Shown here: positions 48,272-56,820 of the stretch, in pieces
How positions within the stretch are numbered: the first letter of the stretch is position 1
Layout: the number at the start of each line of letters is the position of its first letter
Source: a virus
Reading direction: 5' to 3' (one strand)
Virus record (IMG/VR): IMGVR_UViG_3300028498_000052
Coordinates: 1,842-65,841 of that record
DNA length: 64,000 nt
Translations under genes and position numbers: made by a program
The notes under the pieces: generated by a model
Database searches by the model: none
What the model was told of the DNA's origin: nothing
Seen by the model: the letters and a program-made list of their open reading frames with translations, nothing else

Positions 48272-49474
48272 TTAGACAGTTTTCGCTGCAAGCGTTCCAG
48301 TGACGAATGCTTCTGGGCGATATACCGCCAAACCTAAACGCTCTTCTGCCAAGATAGTGATCTTATTTCGTACAAAATCATCTTCATTTTGGGTAGCAAC
48401 TGCAACCGATGATTGCTGACGGTCGAAGACTTGGGCTGCCATATCAAATGCACCTGTCAAGAATTTCCCAACACCCATTGCTTGGGTGGCAACGACTGGC
48501 AATCCCCACATAGTTGGATTTGCTGTGCCTTGTGGTTGACCAATGATATAACGACCTTCATTATCTTTTGACAGTTCCATGATTGCCCAATCAATAGGGT
48601 TAAGCACATGACCACTTGCTGGGTATTCAGCCAATACTGCTTGCAACATTGCCAAACGTAGCTGATCCATCTTGCTATAAGCCGCCATCGCCGCAGGATC
48701 TGCAAAGGCTGACGCTTGTGGAACAATACCTTTCAGGTTGCCGTTTAAGCCATCACCATTTAGCAGTTGACGATCTTCAACCAATTTTAGGCCATACATT
48801 AAACGACCACCAATGTATGATTCAAGTTGACTAGCATCATCAAGAATCTGACGCGAGGCTTTAACCCAGTGGGCTAAAGTACGAACCGTTACGGTTTCAT
48901 CATCAAACTGCAAATCAGACTGACCTTTTAGATCACCCTCATTCGCCTGCGCCTGAGCGCCGTTGGTGAAGCCAGTTTCACGCACGTACTCAATAGAATT
49001 ACTATCAGTCTTACCAGGTGCAATCAAATCACGGATACGTAGCAACTGATTGGGTGGTGCGATAATACCCGCTTGGCGCTGAGCAGTTGTCAACGCGCCA
49101 GCTGAACCAGCGGCGTCAGTCGTTGCGCTAGTGATATCAGCTTTAACATGCAAGGTTGCACGTCCGCCGTTACGCGGATTGGCAGCAAACTCTTTGAATT
49201 GTTCACTTTCAAACATCTGCATACCAAGTGATTTTTGATGCTCGATATCATCAGAACCACGGCGAGATTGCTTCTGCTCAAAATCATCGAGACGAGTCTT
49301 GGTTTCATTCATTACCGTTAATGCATTATCAACCTGGTCTTTTAAGTCGCCCAAATTCTTCTCGCCAGCCTGCATTTTACCTTTTAGATCTTCACCTAAA
49401 GCCTTAACGCTGTCAGTTGCTTTCGCAAATTCGGTGGCGAGCTCTTTTACTTGATCTTCTGGTTTCATAACCAA
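48272..49474 (-). CDS. Major capsid protein, HK97 fold
   Basis: LRIRDLI; SIEYVRETGFTN; VRTLAHW.KASRQILDD; TILAEERLGLAVYRPEAF. Confidence 0.95.
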   Translation of the reverse strand: MVMKPEDQVKELATEFAKATDSVKALGEDLKGKMQAGEKNLGDLKDQVDNALTVMNETKTRLDDFEQKQSRRGSDDIEHQKSLGMQMFESEQFKEFAANPRNGGRATLHVKADITSATTDAAGSAGALTTAQRQAGIIAPPNQLLRIRDLIAPGKTDSNSIEYVRETGFTNGAQAQANEGDLKGQSDLQFDDETVTVRTLAHWVKASRQILDDASQLESYIGGRLMYGLKLVEDRQLLNGDGLNGNLKGIVPQASAFADPAAMAAYSKMDQLRLAMLQAVLAEYPASGHVLNPIDWAIMELSKDNEGRYIIGQPQGTANPTMWGLPVVATQAMGVGKFLTGAFDMAAQVFDRQQSSVAVATQNEDDFVRNKITILAEERLGLAVYRPEAFVTGTLAAKTV

Positions 49475-49477
49475 CCT

Positions 49478-50152
49478 CTATAAATTAATATTTTTTAAAG
49501 TATTTAGCGCATCGCTAATACCAGTGTCAGCTGCTTTGGTATCATCAGGCTCGCCCTGAATCAATGAGCGCAAGCCGTGCCCAGCTATGGCAGTCGCTTG
49601 CGATTTGGAGAAGCCACCAGCATCACGCAGGAACTTCTCAAATTCGGATAGTGTGGGCATCTTGCCCTTTTCTAAAATAGATTTAACGCTATCGATTCGG
49701 CTCTCTTCATTAGCAGGAAAGGTCACAACACTGACTTCTTTTAAGTCGATAGCCAGCAACTCCAGTACCGACTCATCTTCGTTGTAGGACCACTTCTGCA
49801 ACCGATAGCCAATAGACAAACCATCAATGGCGCCGTGCTTCATTAGCGCATGAGTCTCACGTGCTCGAGCAACATCTTTGATAAGCAAGCGACCTTCACC
49901 ATATAACCCGTGATCATCTTCGGTCAGCTTGGTCCAAACGCCAATCACCTCACTACGATTGTGTTGCCATAGAATTGGCGGCATCTTACCTTTGTCTGCC
50001 CATGCCTTGATGCTGTCAGCGAATGCACCCTTCTTAACAACTTCACCGTAACTATCTTCAACGTCATTGACGCTGCAATAGCCACTGAAAATGCCCTCAT
50101 CGTCGATGGCTTTTACGTCAAAGCTAATCGCTTTCGTTTTTAGTTGACTCAT
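49478..50152 (-). CDS. Prohead maturation protease (HK97 family); start placed at MSQLKTK
   Basis: FSGYCSV..VEDSYGEVV.KGAF; PILWQH; DGLSIGY; EVSVVTFPAN. Confidence 0.93.
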   Translation of the reverse strand: MSQLKTKAISFDVKAIDDEGIFSGYCSVNDVEDSYGEVVKKGAFADSIKAWADKGKMPPILWQHNRSEVIGVWTKLTEDDHGLYGEGRLLIKDVARARETHALMKHGAIDGLSIGYRLQKWSYNEDESVLELLAIDLKEVSVVTFPANEESRIDSVKSILEKGKMPTLSEFEKFLRDAGGFSKSQATAIAGHGLRSLIQGEPDDTKAADTGISDALNTLKNINL

Positions 50153-51374
50153 TGTTTTTTCCCAATAGTTCGATAGGTGTGAGGTTGAGCTGTACGGTAA
50201 GTTGATCAGCACCAGCATGTGCTGGCAGATCCTCTAAGGCTCGTACTTCGTTACGTGTCATCACGCCATTTTGTAGTAACTGACTGTAAAACGCTGAACG
50301 AGCGGCACTGTCTGCACGCAACAAACCCTCAACCGAAAACTTCGGTGAGTATTTTTTTCGCTCTTCAGGTGTCAGTAATTTACGCGTGACCATCTGCTCA
50401 ATACGTACCAGTGTTGGCCGTAATCCATACGTTAAGTAACCCAAGTTCATTTGCTCAAGACTAGACGCCCATGAGGATGCCTTATCCATGTGATAGATAA
50501 GCTGTGGAGGAGTTTTAAAAGTTCGACATATCTCTTCGATACCAAAGCGGCGGTTTTCAAGCAGCTGGGCGTCTTGTGCACTAATACGAATATGTGAAGC
50601 ACTAGCTGGTTCCATGCCAGCCTCAAGCACCATCCATTTACCAGCGTTCTGAGGCTCACCAAATGTCGCTAAGTTTTGGCGTAAGCGTTCACGCTGCTCT
50701 TTGTTGAGTGATTTTTCGCCAGTCTTAAGGAAGCCGCCAGCTTTGAGATTGTTTTTAAATTCAGAATTGGCGGCATTATTTGCATCAATCTGACCACCAA
50801 TAACATCGGACTGATATTTGATAGCAGACAAACCAACTAAGCCATCAAGAGAGAAACCCTTTAAATGCAAGATGTCTTCTTCGTCGTAAACGACTTCATC
50901 CTTAGTGCCTTTCTTATATGTGTAATCGATTTTGCCCATTTTGCTGCGACTTACGTGCATACACTCTGGGTCTAAGAACTCCAAAGCAATGACTGTTTTC
51001 AAGGTGTTTCTAAGTATGAGCGCGTAACCATTACCATCAAGCTCTTGAGACGCGACCATCGCCTCCCAAAATTCACTAGCCGTCATGTCGGCATTAGGTT
51101 GATCATGCAAAATTCGATATAAAGGATGGTCCTTTGCTAGGTCTTTTTTTTCGTCACGAAGATGAAATGGCAATGAGGCAATAGTTTCGCTCCGCAATCG
51201 GACACATGCCCACACAGTTGCAAGCTTCATCGCCTTATCTGGGCTGATACTATTGCCACCTGCAGTACTTCCGCCCGTAAAAGGAATAGAGGTGTCTCCC
51301 TTATCTAAGCGGCTATCATTGCGCCACGAACCTCTAAATCGTGACCACCAGTTAGTGTCATTAAGTGTACTCAT
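50124..51374 (-). CDS. Portal protein, HK97 family
   Basis: VWACVRLRSETIASLP; QPNADMTASEFW; GLVGLSAI; RRFGIEEICR; EGLLRADS. Confidence 0.95.
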   Translation of the reverse strand: MSTLNDTNWWSRFRGSWRNDSRLDKGDTSIPFTGGSTAGGNSISPDKAMKLATVWACVRLRSETIASLPFHLRDEKKDLAKDHPLYRILHDQPNADMTASEFWEAMVASQELDGNGYALILRNTLKTVIALEFLDPECMHVSRSKMGKIDYTYKKGTKDEVVYDEEDILHLKGFSLDGLVGLSAIKYQSDVIGGQIDANNAANSEFKNNLKAGGFLKTGEKSLNKEQRERLRQNLATFGEPQNAGKWMVLEAGMEPASASHIRISAQDAQLLENRRFGIEEICRTFKTPPQLIYHMDKASSWASSLEQMNLGYLTYGLRPTLVRIEQMVTRKLLTPEERKKYSPKFSVEGLLRADSAARSAFYSQLLQNGVMTRNEVRALEDLPAHAGADQLTVQLNLTPIELLGKNNESTKNESD

Positions 51375-53074
51375 GCGATAATTGGGTCCATTAGAAAGTC
51401 GTTTAAGTTGCCAGCGTCATGGTCATGCACCGTCGCACGCGCCAACGCCATGATTCCAGCAACTGGCCCATCAATCTTGTTTTCTGGTCGCTCTTTGTTT
51501 GGATAAATATTGTCTTTAACATCAAGCTTGGCGACCACGTTTGACATCATCCACGTCATAATTGGACAACCGCCATGTGCCCATCTCTGAGACAGCACAA
51601 GTGCTTCATTCTCTTTCATAGGCTCAGATATGTTTTGCACGGTGTGACGTATCTCAACCATGGTCACGCCATCATCTGATAAGTTCTGTGCCAGTTGCGC
51701 TGCTTGCCATGGGTCATACGCGACTTCGCGCACGTCATGCGTTGCCATATCGTCAGCAATATCATCTTCAATCATTGAAAAATCAACGACCTCCCCTTCC
51801 ATTACAGTAAGTAATCCAAGCTTGTCCCACTCTTGATATCGCTCGCTATTGACCTCGCCTTCTTCATATAGCCGCGCTTCGGGTATGTAGTACTTACCAT
51901 GGACGTGATAGTTAAGATCATCTCCGCATGGCGGGAATATCATCACCTTGGCAACCACATCAATCTTGGTTGCCAAATCAAGGCCGATATAACATGGTCT
52001 GCCTTGCAACTCTTCAAGTGATAAGCGCTTTGGCGCAAGATTCCATTTGGACATATTCATCCAAGCTGTCTTGGCGCCGACAAACTCATTGACGTGTTTG
52101 GTGCGGAACGTATTTTGTTTACGCGCAGATTGCACGGCATCACGGCAGCGGTCTTTTAAAAACTGACCACCGACAGAGATGTCATAATTAGGGTTTGCTT
52201 TGCGTAATGCGGCTTCGCTTGTCCATTCATCATCTTCGTCTTTGGTGTAAATCATTGCCCACATATCAGGCATATTAAGTACACCCTCAAGCATTTTCTG
52301 CGCATCACGTATGAGCATGTAACATGGACCACCGATGCCACTACCAGCAGTAGTAATGACAACCATCATGGGTTGTTCACGCGCACCCATACCCGTTTCC
52401 ATTGTGTCGTATAGAGTGCTGTCTTTATGCTCGTGATACTCATCGACCAAAGCACAAGATGGGCTTGAGCCGTCACCAGGTGTACCGATGATAGGTTCAA
52501 ATCGACTGCCATCGCGTGCTACATTCAGATTTGACGCATTAGATTCAACGCCGTAATACTCTTTGAGCGCTGGTGTACGATCAACCATTTGCTTAGCTGG
52601 ACGAAATACTTCCCATGCCTGCTTCTCAGTAGTTGCGCCCGAATATACTTCAGCACCGAACTCATCATCGGCAACGAACATGTACAGTCCAATGCCAGCG
52701 GCAATAATTGACTTACCGTTCTTACGTGGCACAAAAATAATGATGCGCGTATAGCGACGTAGCTTTGTCTTCTTATGAATCCAGCCAAAAGGGATGCAGA
52801 TACTGAATAATTGCCAAGGTTCTAGCGTAATTTTCAGTCTTTTTTGTGCCCATTTACCCTTGGTATGGGGCAGTAATTGAATGAATTTGGCTATCTTTTC
52901 AGCTTTTGCAGGGTCAAACTTGTACGGAAAATCCTTTGAGCGACTGGCTTTTTTGTCATCAAGGTGACGTTGGCATGCTAGTTTTACCCACTTACATGCG
53001 ATGATTTTGCCCGCAACAACGTCACGTGCATACTTTTCAGCCTTTGCAACATTGGTGTATTTAGTACGGGCCAT
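51371..53074 (-). CDS. terL: Terminase large subunit
   Basis: VPRKNGKS (Walker A); LVDEYHEH; ITTAG; IGLDLA; KIDGPVA. Confidence 0.96.
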   Translation of the reverse strand: MARTKYTNVAKAEKYARDVVAGKIIACKWVKLACQRHLDDKKASRSKDFPYKFDPAKAEKIAKFIQLLPHTKGKWAQKRLKITLEPWQLFSICIPFGWIHKKTKLRRYTRIIIFVPRKNGKSIIAAGIGLYMFVADDEFGAEVYSGATTEKQAWEVFRPAKQMVDRTPALKEYYGVESNASNLNVARDGSRFEPIIGTPGDGSSPSCALVDEYHEHKDSTLYDTMETGMGAREQPMMVVITTAGSGIGGPCYMLIRDAQKMLEGVLNMPDMWAMIYTKDEDDEWTSEAALRKANPNYDISVGGQFLKDRCRDAVQSARKQNTFRTKHVNEFVGAKTAWMNMSKWNLAPKRLSLEELQGRPCYIGLDLATKIDVVAKVMIFPPCGDDLNYHVHGKYYIPEARLYEEGEVNSERYQEWDKLGLLTVMEGEVVDFSMIEDDIADDMATHDVREVAYDPWQAAQLAQNLSDDGVTMVEIRHTVQNISEPMKENEALVLSQRWAHGGCPIMTWMMSNVVAKLDVKDNIYPNKERPENKIDGPVAGIMALARATVHDHDAGNLNDFLMDPIIA

Positions 53075-53133
53075 TTCATAGTTTCTTGTCTTTTATTAGG
53101 CGTAAAAAAACCGCTATGATTAGCGGCGTTTAT

Positions 53134-53334
53134 TTATCTATCTGAACATTTCACATGAGACTTTCTGATGTCAGCGGTTAGATCATCGTAAGTTTCATGC
53201 GTAGTAAATATAGCTTCATCTGTGTGTATATCAGCAAGTCCTGAATCTGTTTTACTGATACTAATTACAGAGTCAAGGTTTAGCATAATTTTTCTGCCAG
53301 TTGATAGACTGGTTACTTCTATAAATGCATGCAT
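53134..53334 (-). CDS. Small hypothetical protein inserted between terS and terL
   Basis: ORF followed by a terminator hairpin at 53104-53126. Confidence 0.6.
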   Translation of the reverse strand: MHAFIEVTSLSTGRKIMLNLDSVISISKTDSGLADIHTDEAIFTTHETYDDLTADIRKSHVKCSDR

Positions 53335-53342
53335 ATCAAATC

Positions 53343-53831
53343 CTATAAATCAGCAAATGGATTGCCGCTACCTTGATCGCCTTTCGGACCCATCAAACGT
53401 TGACGACTGCTAGGGTCCAACCCAAGCAAGCTACCAAACTGAACCATCTGACGTTTGGCTTCATTAACGACCGTTAATGCTGGATTTTTAATCGTAGTTT
53501 TTTCTGTTTCAATCGTAAGACCTACCTTGCAAATCTCTTCCTCAGCTTGACGCCAGCGACAATAAGCCATGCAAAATGATTCAACGTTATGCAAATCTGG
53601 TACCGTCAAAACATCATTGGTCAATAAGTCCGGCATGATAGTTTCCCACATACCGATAGCAATATCTGGCATCCAAGCTGGAGGCTCAACCTTGGTCAGC
53701 TTAGTAAATTCAGGCTCATTATTATTTAGTGCTCGCTTACCGGGATTACCCGCCAGCTGTTTTTGCTTCGTGGGTTTTGGCTTGCGACCACGACCTGGTA
53801 CCGTTGCAATGCCACCCATCTCAATCTCCAA
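53343..53831 (-). CDS. terS: Terminase small subunit (P27 family)
   Basis: GRKPKPT..K.LAGNPGKR; KNPAL; LGLDPSSRQRL. Confidence 0.92.
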   Translation of the reverse strand: MEIEMGGIATVPGRGRKPKPTKQKQLAGNPGKRALNNNEPEFTKLTKVEPPAWMPDIAIGMWETIMPDLLTNDVLTVPDLHNVESFCMAYCRWRQAEEEICKVGLTIETEKTTIKNPALTVVNEAKRQMVQFGSLLGLDPSSRQRLMGPKGDQGSGNPFADL

Positions 53832-53859
53832 TTTTGTAAGTTTTGCTTTTGACCTAAGT

Positions 53860-53941
53860 TTTTAATTTCGCGGTCGTAAAAATGTACTTTAGGGGGCGGT
53901 CACTTGGGGCTTCCGGCTGAACAATTTGATCACCCTCCCCC
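53860..53941 (-). other. Probable cos (packaging) region
   Basis: Between HNH and terS: GGGGAGGG...TCAAA...GTGACCGCCCCCT...TTTTT..CGCGAAATT, the layout typical of HNH-associated cos phages. Confidence 0.6.
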
Positions 53942-53942
53942 T

Positions 53943-54287
53943 TTATTCATTGGCGGTTTTGGTTCGATGACATTTTTTACAGAGAGATTGGAGGTTTTCA
54001 AGCTCGTCGGTACCGCCGTTTGCCTTGTTAATTATGTGGTCGACGTCGGTGGCTGGCACGTATCTACCTGAGTGCCTGCAAGCCACACAAAGATGAGCAT
54101 CACGATCAAGTACTTGCGCACGAATCTTGCGCCAAACGTGGCCGTAACCGCGCTTTGTTGTGCTGCCTGTTCTGTCTGGTCGCTTGGTCCAGTTGCTGCG
54201 TTGGTCTGCATGTTCATCACAATATCCTTTGTCTTTGCGTTTAACTAGGTTTGGACAGCGGTACTGTCTACATGGTGTTGACGGCAT
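53943..54287 (-). CDS. HNH endonuclease (packaging cofactor, HK97 gp74-like)
   Basis: RGYG..W..IR..VL.RD..LC..C; VDHII.KA.GGTD...NLQSLC..CH..KT. Confidence 0.92.
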   Translation of the reverse strand: MPSTPCRQYRCPNLVKRKDKGYCDEHADQRSNWTKRPDRTGSTTKRGYGHVWRKIRAQVLDRDAHLCVACRHSGRYVPATDVDHIINKANGGTDELENLQSLCKKCHRTKTANE

Positions 54288-54450
54288 GATTACTTTCCTT
54301 GGCTTCTATGAGCCTGATAAACTCTTTGGCTTCAGTGTTGCCGCGGTCAGCACGATCTTGTAGCAGCTTGCGCTGATGCGCTTTAAGTATTGGTGTCTCA
54401 GCATTGTCGTAGCTGTCATAGAGAGCCTTGCCTGAGTATTCATACAACAT
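54268..54450 (-). CDS. Hypothetical phage protein
   Basis: ORF upstream of HNH with a GGAG RBS. Confidence 0.55.
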   Translation of the reverse strand: MLYEYSGKALYDSYDNAETPILKAHQRKLLQDRADRGNTEAKEFIRLIEAKESNHAVNTM

Positions 54451-54557
54451 GACAGCAACTCCATGACCAAACGCTGGACATAAAAAAGCCCACGCTATTT
54501 CTAACGTGGGTAAGGAAGATGTTTGGTACCGTCATTGATGAGGGTACCACCTTTATT

Positions 54558-54633
54558 TGGCCCGTTGGGCAGGACTCGAACCTGCGACCTCATACATCAG
54601 TGTAATGCGCTCTACCTGCTGAGCTACCGTCGG
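54558..54633 (-). tRNA. tRNA-like element / pseudo-tRNA with an aberrant anticodon arm
   Basis: 76 nt. Canonical D arm (TAGCTCAGCAGGTAGAGC), T arm (GCAGGTTCGAGTCCTGC) and encoded CCA. Acceptor stem has two mismatches; anticodon arm CATTACACTGATGTATG lacks U33. Confidence 0.72.
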
Positions 54634-54879
54634 GACAAGAAGTTCGTCAACACATCATGATGACTACACGCCACATGCAACGTGCATCAGTCAGTGAAGA
54701 CTTCGATTTGGTTTGCAGTGCCACCTGCTAGCGGGTGTCTCTATGGCATGTGCTGACTGTGGCTAAATCAATCAGGCACAAAAAAAGACGAGAGCAATTA
54801 AGCTGTCGTCTTTTATGTTCTGCTTTATCTGTTACCATTTAGCAGTATGAGAAATACTACCCTAATCTGGCACGGTGCG

Positions 54880-55737
54880 TCAAGCGTTATCATCTACTCT
54901 ATTGAGCTGCATACGATAGCTACTGACGTACTGATCAGCGGTGCTTACCATATCGATGAGATCATCCATCATTTGACGCTGGTACCGCACCCATAATGTA
55001 GTATAAGAGCTAGCCTTTACTTCTATTCCTGAGAACTGCAACCGACCTTTCACTGTATAAATATCCCAAAGCTCATACAATTCAAAGTGTAATACCATAC
55101 GCGCCATCAGTCGTGCCAGCTCAGGCAAGGTGTGAGTACATGCCTGCGGTGCAACACGCTTATCTTTATTACATCTCTCAATCATATTGGTTGCTAAATG
55201 CTTCACCACATCATCGAAATGACGCGACCAATTCCAGTTAGTATCACTACCCCATAATAATATGCTTGCCAGCGCTTTGGCTGGCTTGTCATCAATCATA
55301 GCGATGGCAGCGCAATGGTCTTCCCAATTGACTTCAGGAGGCAGCCCACCTTGACCAATATTGAATTTAACCGTCTTAGCCTGCATGCCTTGTTCAAGCC
55401 AATCTTGGTTTGATAGATGTAGGTTTGGAGACTGACCAAAGTTAGGTTGTGATTCACCAGACCATACAGCATTTTCTTTTACTGGCTCAGGCTTATCCAA
55501 CACCTCTTGTACTTGATCAAGTGGTACAGCGTAACGGAGGAATTTATCAATAGATATAACCCTTTCTTTTTTGCGGTTGGGATTGTTGGGCCAGTTAAAT
55601 CTAACTTCGCCTTTATCAGTATCAACATGCAGTACCTTAATCACCTCACCTTCTTTATCAACCCAATCAATCTTAGTATCAATACCACACATCGCCATCC
55701 CCTCAATATCAATCACGTTTAAAACCAACTCTTGCAA
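54880..55737 (-). CDS. Late-gene regulator, Q-like antiterminator candidate
   Basis: Last early gene before a terminator-rich late leader; helical C-terminal half. Confidence 0.5.
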   Translation of the reverse strand: MQELVLNVIDIEGMAMCGIDTKIDWVDKEGEVIKVLHVDTDKGEVRFNWPNNPNRKKERVISIDKFLRYAVPLDQVQEVLDKPEPVKENAVWSGESQPNFGQSPNLHLSNQDWLEQGMQAKTVKFNIGQGGLPPEVNWEDHCAAIAMIDDKPAKALASILLWGSDTNWNWSRHFDDVVKHLATNMIERCNKDKRVAPQACTHTLPELARLMARMVLHFELYELWDIYTVKGRLQFSGIEVKASSYTTLWVRYQRQMMDDLIDMVSTADQYVSSYRMQLNRVDDNA

Positions 55738-55897
55738 CCATCAACAGCGCCACGAACCCAAGTAATGCTAACAATGAACCTGATAGCTTATATAAGGACA
55801 CAACAACCCAAGACACAGCCAGTACCAGGACCACGTTATAAATCATCGCCATTAATGCATGCCAGCATTCTGGCCAATATTTCCAGTCCATAATCAC
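55709..55897 (-). CDS. Small membrane protein
   Basis: Two hydrophobic segments; overlaps both neighbours. Confidence 0.55.
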   Translation of the reverse strand: MIMDWKYWPECWHALMAMIYNVVLVLAVSWVVVSLYKLSGSLLALLGFVALLMVARVGFKRD

Positions 55898-56379
55898 TTA
55901 CTCCCTTTCTTTTTAATTGGCTTTGGTGCTGGCACGTCGACCACACCTTTATCAATAAGCCTGTGATATTTATAGATCATCATACCAGCGTCTCGAGCGT
56001 GCTCAGATGTACGAGCCGTCCACCCAGTAATCATCTCGAAGTCCTCAGCATTACGCTTGGTATCGATGTTGGCTGGTGCAAATAAGATATGACGCAGACC
56101 ATTACGCTCACAGAACTCTTGCCAGATGCTGCAATCACGCGTGACTGACCCAACCCCTTTTAAGCGCTCTTTGCCAATACTGTGGTCTACCCATGTGCGC
56201 TTGCGGACGTCCTCAATGCAAACCACCAAATTAACGTCTGACTGTGCAGCTTCATCTCTAATCTCTAAGACTCTATCTTGTGCGCTAAGAATAGTCTGTG
56301 TTGATACATCTTGCAGCACACCATCAATGCTATGAGCAAAGCCTGTCTTAACGCCTGTGTCGATACCAATTAAAATCAT
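55894..56379 (-). CDS. RuvC-like Holliday junction resolvase
   Basis: ILIGIDTG..TGFA; VCIED; SEHARDA acidic catalytic pattern. Confidence 0.7.
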   Translation of the reverse strand: MILIGIDTGVKTGFAHSIDGVLQDVSTQTILSAQDRVLEIRDEAAQSDVNLVVCIEDVRKRTWVDHSIGKERLKGVGSVTRDCSIWQEFCERNGLRHILFAPANIDTKRNAEDFEMITGWTARTSEHARDAGMMIYKYHRLIDKGVVDVPAPKPIKKKGSK

Positions 56380-56522
56380 TATTCAACGTCCTTATGCATT
56401 TGCTTAAATTCAGCTGGCGTCATTGTCTTTTTGCTCATGTCTTCGTAGGTGATTTCAACCCTGTCAGATTTCACATGTGGCGAGCTAATAACTTTTAACC
56501 CTGTTGTTATGTGTTGCTTCAT
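56379..56522 (-). CDS. 47-aa hypothetical protein, below the ORF-track cutoff
   Basis: GGAGGCGGT RBS; MKQHITTGLKVISSPHVKSDRVEITYEDMSKKTMTPAEFKQMHKDVE*; TAATG coupling to the next gene. Confidence 0.7.
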   Translation of the reverse strand: MKQHITTGLKVISSPHVKSDRVEITYEDMSKKTMTPAEFKQMHKDVE

Positions 56523-56547
56523 ACCGCCTCCAAATAGATAGAATTGT

Positions 56548-56820
56548 TTAACGCAAAACAGTCATAACGCAGTTTTCAAAAGGGCCTTGCGTGAATCCAA
56601 TATTTTTACCGCCAAAAACTCTCATGGCTGTATGTAACTGCATTACATGCATGCCCTCACCATCTATCTTGGTAGCACTGTAATCGGCCAACATTTTGCA
56701 GGTGGCTCTAACCTCAGCATTATGATCATCTAGTATCTTTTGACCGTGATTGGTTAGTTTAAATTTTACTTCTTGGTTTATGTTTACTGGCCCTTGGGCG
56801 TAACCGTCGAAATAACTCAT
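56548..56820 (-). CDS. Hypothetical phage protein
   Basis: Translationally coupled to the replication gene. Confidence 0.65.
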   Translation of the reverse strand: MSYFDGYAQGPVNINQEVKFKLTNHGQKILDDHNAEVRATCKMLADYSATKIDGEGMHVMQLHTAMRVFGGKNIGFTQGPFENCVMTVLR

